Source of the DNA: Octopus bimaculoides | Taxonomy: Eukaryota | Reading direction: 5' to 3' | Length of the DNA stretch: 41,212 nt | Assembly (NCBI RefSeq): GCF_001194135.2 | Contig: NC_068997.1 | Coordinates: 9,718,562-9,759,773, forward strand | Shown: piece after piece, positions 33,120-41,212 of the stretch | Position numbering within the stretch: position 1 is the stretch's first letter | Layout of the letters: the number at the start of each line of letters is the position of its first letter | The notes under the pieces: generated by a model | Databases searched by the model: none | Seen by the model: only the letters and a program-made list of their open reading frames with translations | What the model was told of the DNA's origin: nothing | Made by a program: the position numbers and the translations under genes

Positions 33120-33917
33120 NNNNNNNNNNNNNNNNNNNNNNNNNNNNNNNNNNNNNNNNNNNNNNNNNNNNNNNNNNNNNNNNNNNNNNNNNNNNNNNNN
33201 NNNNNNNNNNNNNNNNNNNNNNNNNNNNNNNNNNNNNNNNNNNNNNNNNNNNNNNNNNNNNNNNNNNNNNNNNNNNNNNNNNNNNNNNNNNNNNNNNNNN
33301 NNNNNNNNNNNNNNNNNNNNNNNNNNNNNNNNNNNNNNNNNNNNNNNNNNNNNNNNNNNNNNNNNNNNNNNNNNNNNNNNNNNNNNNNNNNNNNNNNNNN
33401 NNNNNNNNNNNNNNNNNNNNNNNNNNNNNNNNNNNNNNNNNNNNNNNNNNNNNNNNNNNNNNNNNNNNNNNNNNNNNNNNNNNNNNNNNNNNNNNNNNNN
33501 NNNNNNNNNNNNNNNNNNNNNNNNNNNNNNNNNNNNNNNNNNNNNNNNNNNNNNNNNNNNNNNNNNNNNNNNNNNNNNNNNNNNNNNNNNNNNNNNNNNN
33601 NNNNNNNNNNNNNNNNNNNNNNNNNNNNNNNNNNNNNNNNNNNNNNNNNNNNNNNNNNNNNNNNNNNNNNNNNNNNNNNNNNNNNNNNNNNNNNNNNNNN
33701 NNNNNNNNNNNNNNNNNNNNNNNNNNNNNNNNNNNNNNNNNNNNNNNNNNNNNNNNNNNNNNNNNNNNNNNNNNNNNNNNNNNNNNNNNNNNNNNNNNNN
33801 NNNNNNNNNNNNNNNNNNNNNNNNNNNNNNNNNNNNNNNNNNNNNNNNNNNNNNNNNNNNNNNNNNNNNNNNNNNNNNNNNNNNNNNNNNNNNNNNNNNN
33901 NNNNNNNNNNNNNNNNN
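33120..33917. other. Largest assembly gap (others: 3507-4023, 8824-8965, 9815-10351, 11147-11391, 14744-15109, 18523-19060, 25677-25908, 39459-40043)
   Basis: N runs, most abutting microsatellites; any exon inside them is invisible here. Confidence 0.98.
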
Positions 33918-33984
<67 letters not shown>

Positions 33985-34351
33985 CACACATGTATAAACT
34001 CATTCAATCTTAGACAGACACACACAGGCATATAAAAATATGTTCTGTTTCACAGATAGAGGCACACAGACATAAATACATGTATAGACACACGTACACA
34101 CACACACACATCTGGACTCTTACATGCACCCGTGCATGCATAAATACATGCATCAGGTCATATAGCTACATTCATAAGTACATTTACTCTTAGAAACACA
34201 GACGGACTGACATACTGTCTCACATGTAGTCAGTATTAACAACCAAATATACACAAGCACACATGTGCATAAATTCATACATGCATACACACATATACAT
34301 ATATATAGGCAATGTAAGTACACACATTTTCACAAATACACATATACGCAC

Positions 34352-34382
<31 letters not shown>

Positions 34383-34471
34383 CATACACACACTTATGTA
34401 CTTACATATACATGTAGAGACACACAAATTTAAACATCCAACTCTTACATACCTGAATCTGCACAAATAAG

Positions 34472-34715
34472 GCATTCTGCCAGTTACGATGACGAGGGTT
34501 CCAGTTGATCCGATCAACAGAACAGCCTGCTCGTGAAATTAATGTGCAAGTGGCTGAGCACTCCACAGACACGTGTACCCTTAATGTAGTTCTTGGGGGA
34601 GATTCAGTGTGACACAGAGTGTGACAAGGCTGGCCCTTTGAAATACAGGTACAACAGAAGCAGGAAGAAAGAGTGAGAGAAAATTGTGGTGAAAGAATAC
34701 AGCAGGGTTTGCCCC
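34472..34715 (-). mobile_element. SINE family B, 3' part
   Basis: CAGCCTGCTCGTGAAATTAATGTGCAAGTGGCTGAGCACTCCACAGACACGTGTACCC is the reverse complement of the body at 9320-9380. Confidence 0.85.
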
Positions 34716-35334
34716 TCCCCCTCAGTCCGAGTCGAAGTTTTTTGTTCGATTCCACAGCCCTGGTTATTATACATGATACTAATGTAATTAAGGAATTATA
34801 TTGTAGAGATAGAAATTGCAAGAATTTCAGATAGAATATAATTGGCATTTATGATGCCAAATCTTTTATCTTTTACTTGTTCCAGCCATTGGACTGCAGC
34901 CATGCTGGGACACTGCCTTGAAGGCATGTGGCTCAGTGGTTAGGGCGTTGGACTTATGGTTGCAAGATTGTGGTTTCAATCCCTGGCCCAGCTGATGCAT
35001 TGTCTTCTTGCAAACCAAATCCAAAAACGAAATATATATATATATATATATATATGAATAAAAAATACACATTGTGTACAGGACATACCCAGCAATTGGA
35101 AAATATGTAAACAAGAGAGATAAGTACAGGATAAAATACCAAAACATACACAATAAGTACAGGACATCAACAAAGAGTGAGAAATAAATAAACACATGAG
35201 AGAAAAGTAAAGAACAAAATACCAAAAGACAATAACACCTCATCAGTTGTTGATTGTTTAGTACTCCCTATTTTGTGCTTTTAGGGAAATAGAAACTGTT
35301 AAAGAATAACTAATTCAGAGATGTAATCTTAGAT

Positions 35335-35651
35335 CAGTGGTTCCCAAAGCAGACAGTATTGCTCCCACTGGGGGCTGTGGAAAGATCTGGTGGAAGGGGG
35401 ATGCGTTGAAGAAAGATGGTGTGATTATAGGGTGACCAAAATGGGGCAATGAATGTAAAAAAAAATGCTAACCAAATAAAGGGTTAATTAGGTAAAGTTT
35501 TTTTTATTTGTGAAATGTTGTTTTGAATTTACTGCAGAAAATGGTCTACGTTTGTGATGCTGAGTGGTGGTGGATGGGGGTGGGTGGTGGCACTAGGAAT
35601 GTGGCTTCAGAACCAAGGGGCTGGCAGCTGGGACAGGTTTGGAAACCACTG
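35335..35651. mobile_element. hAT (Charlie-like) MITE with intact 8-bp TSD
   Basis: TCTTAGAT|CAGTGGTTCCCAAA...TTTGGAAACCACTG|TCTTAGAT; TIR 13/14, identical TSDs at 35327-35334 and 35652-35659. Confidence 0.92.
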
Positions 35652-35994
35652 TCTTAGATGTTAAACAATTTTGAAATAAATTGTAATGTAACGTCTAACC
35701 CATGCCAGCATAGAAAGCAGACATTAAATGATGATGATGATGACAATGATGTATTTAATCCAATCTATCTATGACTACATCATTATTTAGTCTATCCTTC
35801 CTTTGCTGTGGATGGGATTTGATTATTATTTCTAGCAAAGGGAGTGACCACATTGGAGTGAGCCTCATTGCTTTGGCAGACACACACACACACATTGATG
35901 TAAAATGGAGATATGAAGTCTCTTGAGAATAACACAGTCTCTATTTAGGGAAAATGGAAAGAAAAAAAACACAAAACAAGAACAAAAGGAAAAT

Positions 35995-36290
35995 GACAGT
36001 GAATATCATCATTATTGTTATCATTTCAACAATCATCATCACCATCATCATCATCAGCAGTTATCATGGTCATCATCATCATCAGTTATCATGGTCATCA
36101 TCATCATCATCATCATCATCATATTCTCCGTTATTATCATCATCATCATCATAGTAGCCATTATCATCATCAGATTCATCAACATTGTAATCATCTCCAC
36201 ACCCATTATCATTGATAGCACCACCACCACCACCACCACCACTGTCATCATACTACTATCACCACCACCACCACCACCAACAAATGTATA
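35995..36290. repeat. (CAT)n/(CAC)n degenerate trinucleotide tract
   Basis: Visible composition. Confidence 0.92.
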
Positions 36291-36584
36291 TTTTTATATG
36301 GAAATGTTTAATTTCACACACTTCATCTGTTCCTTGAGAGAAATATAACTTATGGACATTCATAGCAATGACATATCTGTTGTCCAGTGAGCCATGACCA
36401 CCAAGTGTGCTGTTGATGTCTTGCATTTGAAAGATTTCGGCTCAGAGTCTCCAAGGTGCCACTCTTCAGTCTGTTAGTCCAAAATCTTGTATTTCTATTT
36501 TTAGCAGTTTTGCATATGCATACACTTGTACTTTGAGCAGGCCTCTATGTTAGAACTGGTTTATATTAAAGAATAAAAACATTG

Positions 36585-36823
36585 GGAGTTGGGGTTAGTA
36601 TAGTTTTACCGATGCCAACTCTGACTCCAGCTACCCCATAATTGTTTCTGACCCCAACTCTGACACCATGACTCCAACTTCACAACTCCATGTCTCCAAC
36701 TCCACGACTCTGACTCCCCAACTCCGACTCTGACTCTACGACTCTGTCTCTGACTTCACAACTCTTGACTCCACGACTCTGACTTCACGACTCTGACTTC
36801 ACGACTCTGACTCCACAGCCCTG
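36585..36823. mobile_element. One end of a MITE-like element with degenerate (GACTCC/GACTCT)n subterminal repeats
   Basis: Many CGACTCTGACTC units ending ...GACTCCACAGCCCTG; the matching opposite terminus is missing. Confidence 0.55.
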
Positions 36824-37339
36824 GTAGAAGCATTGTTATTATTGGGCTATGTTATAAGGGGTAGTAGTGGTGGTGGTATTGTTGTTTATTTAACCTTAGG
36901 TTCACCCAAATTGAGCAGGCCAATGCAGCCAGAATCCATCCAGAGAATCCAAGTTTATGTTATCCAATGTTTCCTCTTCTATGACAGTAGGGTGTGATTC
37001 AAAGGAGTTTTAGCTGCTATATCTAGTGGTTTGAGTGACGTAGAGGCGTTATTTTTTATTTGATTGGATTATTGTTGCTGCTGTGGTTTTATCTATGGCC
37101 GGATGCCCTTCCTGTTGCTAACCCTCACCTATTTCCAAGTGAGGTAATACTTCCCCATGACCGGACATGTTTTCATGGAAGATTGGAAATGAAGGACAAT
37201 GCTTGCATGAAGGTGACACTTGTTTACAACTATCACATTATGTCAAGGCAAGGAGAGAGTAACACACACACGCACACACATGCATGTGCGTGTGCATGCA
37301 CATACACGCACATATGCGTGTGCATGCACACACGATGAG

Positions 37340-37460
37340 ATTCTTTCAATGTTGTCTATCAAATCTGCTCACAAGGCTTTGGTCAATCCAGGAGCAAGGT
37401 GCCATGCAGTGGGATTGATCCTGGAACCAGGTGGTTGGTAAGCAAGCACCTTCCCCTACA
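37340..37460 (-). mobile_element. SINE family A, 5' fragment
   Basis: CTCACAAGGCTTTGGTC...GGTGCCATGCAGTGGG...GGTTGGTAAGCAAGC. Confidence 0.75.
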
Positions 37461-37809
37461 CATACCATGTCTTTATGGTATTGCCTCTTGTAGAATGTAT
37501 TTCTTATTGTATGACTATATATATTCTAATACACACAAATGCACATCCACAAACACACGCACACACGTGCGTGCACACACACACACACACACACATGCTT
37601 TTATTTGCCCCGCGCCCACCCTTTCCCATATTATCATGTGAATAATTTCAGAATTTTCATGTTAGTCTCTTCAATCTTTTCTCTCTTTGAAAGAAATTGT
37701 TTTCACAACAGATATTAAACCTGATATCATATACAATGTAACAACATAAAATATGATAATAATAATGATATAATATAATAATGTAATATAATAGATATCA
37801 AATGTAACT

Positions 37810-37810
37810 A

Positions 37811-37850
<40 letters not shown>

Positions 37851-37866
37851 GTCACTATTGTTGTTA

Positions 37867-37939
<73 letters not shown>

Positions 37940-37988
37940 CATCATCATCATCATCATCATTATTATTGTCACTGTTGTTGTTGTTGCG

Positions 37989-38033
<45 letters not shown>

Positions 38034-38035
38034 TG
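37810..38035. repeat. (ATT)n/(CAT)n/(GTT)n tract
   Basis: Visible composition. Confidence 0.92.
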
Positions 38036-38284
38036 TATCTGGTTTTGTAATTAATTATCTGATAGTTACTTTGAAGATTTTATTTCATAGCGATTAGAAC
38101 AGAGCAAACCAATTTATATAATCAGTTTGGTGTCTGAGTGTGGGGTGGGCGTGGGTGTGAATGGGTGTGGGAGCGGGCCGAGGTGAGGGGGATGGCGGGA
38201 TCAAAACAAGCAGCACAACAAAAAAAAAAAAGAAAAAGAAGAAAAAGAAGCAGGAAATCAAATGGACACTGGTCTGCTTCAGTG

Positions 38285-38800
38285 AATTGTCATCATCATC
38301 ATCGTCGTCGTCGGCGTCGTCGTCGTCGTCATCATCATCACCATCATCATTGACACAATCATCGTTGTCTTCATCATCACCACCACCACCACCACCATTG
38401 TCGTCATCACTATCAACATTGTTATCATAGACAGTGACATCATCATCATCATCATCATCGACATCATTGTCATCGTCATCATCACAGCTACTGCCAGCAT
38501 TGATGTCTTTGTTGTCATTGTTATCTTTGCTGTTAACATTAGCGGCAGCAGCTCCACTTTTGCTTTCCTCGTCGTCTGTGTTGCCATCGTCATCTTGCTG
38601 TTCCTACTACTACTACTACTACTACTATACATCATCCATCATCACTATCATCACCAATATTCTCATTTCTGCCATTATGGGTGCCATAGCAGCAGCAGCT
38701 GCTGTTGGTACTTCTGCTATTATAGCTGTCATTGATGATGATGATAATGATGATAATAAAGTTGTTGCTAATTATGAAGATGATGATGACGATGATTTTT
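38285..38800. repeat. Mixed (CAT/CGT/CAC/TAC/GAT)n low-complexity tract
   Basis: Visible composition; source of poly-S, poly-M and poly-H pseudo-ORFs. Confidence 0.9.
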
Positions 38801-39124
38801 CTTTTATTCATGGAGTTGTTTCATGGCAAACGAAAGAAATTCAAACATGTGTTCAGAGATTTTCAAGGTTTACAAAGAGGTTCCTGTTTTAACGAAAACG
38901 TTTAAAGATTAACAAAGTTGTTCTTCAACAGTGAACATATCTAGAAGTATTCATCAAAGCTAATTAAAAGGTTAATAAGAATGTTCAGTGTTAGAAGTGT
39001 TGATTAAGATTAACAACAATAATTTTGGAAGGTTAACAAAAGCCATGTAGGAATGTCCCAACAGTGCTTAGAGCGTGACCTGACAATTCTGTGCATCATG
39101 TTTATGCATAGATGAAATTCAATT

Positions 39125-39245
39125 TCATCCACTCACAAGGCTTTGGTCAGCCCGAGGCTATAGTAGAAGAAATTTCCCAAGGAGCCATACAGTGGGTCTG
39201 AACCCGGAACCATGTGGTTGGTAAGCAAGCTTCTTACCACACAGC
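39125..39245 (-). mobile_element. SINE family A, 5' half
   Basis: ATCCACTCACAAGGCTTTGGTCAGCCCGAGGCTATAGTAGAAG...CTTACCACACAGC. Confidence 0.88.
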
Positions 39246-39288
39246 TAAATTTAACAACAACACAATACATACGTATATATAAATGGAT

Positions 39289-39327
<39 letters not shown>

Positions 39328-40219
39328 CACGGATAAATAGATATACTTGCTTCTGATATCCTTGCTTCTCGTTTTGAAATGTCCACGCTCAGAATATTTC
39401 TTTGAAATATGAAATGGGAGTTTGAATAAAACGCTTATTTTTATGCCCTTTTGTCTAANNNNNNNNNNNNNNNNNNNNNNNNNNNNNNNNNNNNNNNNNN
39501 NNNNNNNNNNNNNNNNNNNNNNNNNNNNNNNNNNNNNNNNNNNNNNNNNNNNNNNNNNNNNNNNNNNNNNNNNNNNNNNNNNNNNNNNNNNNNNNNNNNN
39601 NNNNNNNNNNNNNNNNNNNNNNNNNNNNNNNNNNNNNNNNNNNNNNNNNNNNNNNNNNNNNNNNNNNNNNNNNNNNNNNNNNNNNNNNNNNNNNNNNNNN
39701 NNNNNNNNNNNNNNNNNNNNNNNNNNNNNNNNNNNNNNNNNNNNNNNNNNNNNNNNNNNNNNNNNNNNNNNNNNNNNNNNNNNNNNNNNNNNNNNNNNNN
39801 NNNNNNNNNNNNNNNNNNNNNNNNNNNNNNNNNNNNNNNNNNNNNNNNNNNNNNNNNNNNNNNNNNNNNNNNNNNNNNNNNNNNNNNNNNNNNNNNNNNN
39901 NNNNNNNNNNNNNNNNNNNNNNNNNNNNNNNNNNNNNNNNNNNNNNNNNNNNNNNNNNNNNNNNNNNNNNNNNNNNNNNNNNNNNNNNNNNNNNNNNNNN
40001 NNNNNNNNNNNNNNNNNNNNNNNNNNNNNNNNNNNNNNNNNNNGTTATAATTCATAAAAGAATGCTCTACATTTTTGTATTGAGTCCTATAATTTATTGC
40101 TTCTGGTGAATCATGAAGCTTTGTGATTGAATTTGGTAGGCAGAAGTTACTGCCGTGTGTGTATATGTCGGTGTATGTGCTTGTGCCTCTCTCTGAAAGA
40201 GAGAGAGAGGGAGAGAGAG

Positions 40220-40340
40220 GGCATGGCTGTGTGGTAAGTAGCTTGCTTACCAACCACATGGTTCCGGATTCAGTCCCACTGCATGGCACCTTGGGCAAGT
40301 ATCTTCTACTATAGCCTCGGGCTGACCAAAGCCTTGTGAG
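40220..40340 (+). mobile_element. SINE family A, 5' half (cut by a 10-N gap)
   Basis: GGCATGGCTGTGTGGTAAGTAGCTTGCTTACCAACCACATGGTTCCGGATTCAGTCCC. Confidence 0.9.
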
Positions 40341-40514
40341 NNNNNNNNNNTCTCTGGATATCCTTGTTGCTTATTTTGATTTTAATCACCTTATTTTGAA
40401 ATTGTATGGATAATACCATACTAAATTCTGGTGCCTCAATTTAAGTACCATATTCATCTGAATCTATATACACACATACATGTATACACGCATACATATA
40501 TATAGCAAATGAAT

Positions 40515-40640
40515 GTAAAACAAGGTGGACAAAATAGTACTCAAATACCGAAGGTAGAGTAATATGCTTTTGTTAAAGCTGCAAGATTATTACAAGACTT
40601 TTATTCAGAGTTTCACATACCTGTTCATCGGACAGTTGTG
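40515..40640 (-). mobile_element. Penelope-like terminal-repeat fragment carrying a decayed type I hammerhead motif
   Basis: Minus strand AACTGT-CCGATGA-ACA GGTA TGT-GAAA-CTC T GA ATA-AAAGTC, followed by a poly(A)-signal-like TTAACAAAAGC. Confidence 0.55.
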
Positions 40641-40662
40641 ATGTGTGTGTGTGTAGGTATGT

Positions 40663-40884
40663 AATTTAGTGGTTAACAGTATTTGGCCCAGAAATTGTAA
40701 GGTCGTGAGTTCGAATTCCCACTGGTGTGGTATGTCCTTAAGCAAGACACTTCATTTCACATTGCTCCGTTCACTCAGCTGGCAAAAATAAGTGGTACCT
40801 GTATTTCATAGGGGCCAGCCTTGTTACATTCTGTGTCACACTGAACCTCCCTGTGAATTATGTTAAGGGTACATGTGTCTGTGT
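40663..40884 (+). mobile_element. tRNA-headed SINE sharing a 3' body with family B, interrupted by a family B copy
   Basis: Head ...AGTGGTTAAC...GAGTTCGAATTCCC; body GCAAGACACTTCATTTCAC...GGGCCAGCCTTGTTACATTCTGTGTCAC...GGGTACATGTGTCTGTG. Confidence 0.7.
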
Positions 40885-41212
40885 GGAGGCGCAATGGCCC
40901 AGTGGTTAGGGCAGCGGACTCGCGGTCATAGGATCGCGGTTTCGATTCCCAGACCGGGCGTTGTGAGTGTTTATTGAGCGAAAACACCCAAAGTTCCACG
41001 AGGCTCTGGCAGCGGATGGTGGCGAACCCTGCTGTACTCTTTCACCACAACTTTCTCTCACTCTTACTTCCTGTTTCTGTGGTGCCTGTAATTCAAAGGG
41101 TCAGCATTGTCACACTGTGTCACGCTGAATATCCCCAAGAATTACGTTATGGGTACATGTGTCTGTGGAGTGCTCAGCCATTTGCACGTTAATTTCACGA
41201 GCAGGCTATTCC
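40885..41212 (+). mobile_element. tRNA-headed SINE family B, young CpG-rich copy (runs off window end)
   Basis: GGAGGCGCAATGGCCCAGTGGTTAGGGCAGCGGACTCGCGGTCATAGGATCGCGGTTTCGATTCCCAGACCGGGCG; intact A and B boxes, followed by a non-tRNA body. Confidence 0.92.

Noticed and set aside
35235-35260. Other CTGATGA or CTGACGA occurrences (near 3290, 7270, 14060, 24927, 26038, 27224, 35243)
   Set aside because: None is followed by a stem II and GAAA at hammerhead spacing on the same strand.
35923-38892. Poly-His, -Ser, -Ile, -Leu and -Met ORFs
   Set aside because: Translations of trinucleotide tracts that are open in several frames and on both strands, with no domain content.
12823-39129. Short perfect palindromes and hairpins (12823-12840, 21639-21655, 23652-23671, 27540-27563, 39111-39129)
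   Set aside because: Arms of 8-10 bp, mostly AT-rich; plausible by chance or as junction snap-backs, with no independent support for function.
3270-40298. Long ORFs of 200-455 aa in the supplied track
   Set aside because: Each spans an N-gap and/or a CA/TA microsatellite; the length is an artefact of translating N as X.
40885-40960. Possible tRNA gene (also 9072 and 21319)
   Set aside because: A and B boxes are present but I could not fold a full cloverleaf, and each runs into a multicopy non-tRNA body; these are SINE heads.
1-41212. CRISPR array, operon or prokaryotic/viral defence system
   Set aside because: No regularly spaced repeat-spacer structure and no gene-dense segment; the sequence is animal repeat-rich DNA throughout.

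Overview
AT-rich, gappy animal genomic DNA: nine long N-gaps and four 10-N gaps, most flanked by microsatellites. The SINE/LINE repertoire looks like an octopod cephalopod (Octopus sp.); this is inferred from recalled repeat families, not from a search. I cannot support any intact protein-coding gene or true RNA gene. The window reads as intronic or intergenic DNA made of at least four tRNA-headed SINE families, RTE-clade LINE fragments and 3' tails, a Penelope-like GIY-YIG fragment, a Ty3/Gypsy RT remnant, and non-autonomous DNA elements (piggyBac-like, mariner-like, Tigger-like, hAT, Helentron-like). All long ORFs in the supplied track come from gaps, simple repeats or decayed transposons. 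The most interesting structure is a fold-back element at 21211-21616. It joins a tRNA-like Pol III head, an (AAT)n spacer and a decayed minimal hammerhead-ribozyme motif inside inverted arms, and it has a collapsed sister copy at 23421-23519. A second, unrelated hammerhead motif lies at 40596-40637. Also notable are a perfect 25-bp-arm palindrome (8429-8479), a pre-miRNA-like hairpin (about 20806-20870) and closely spaced inverted repeat pairs that could form dsRNA. Repeat boundaries were placed by eye and are approximate unless a TIR or TSD is quoted.
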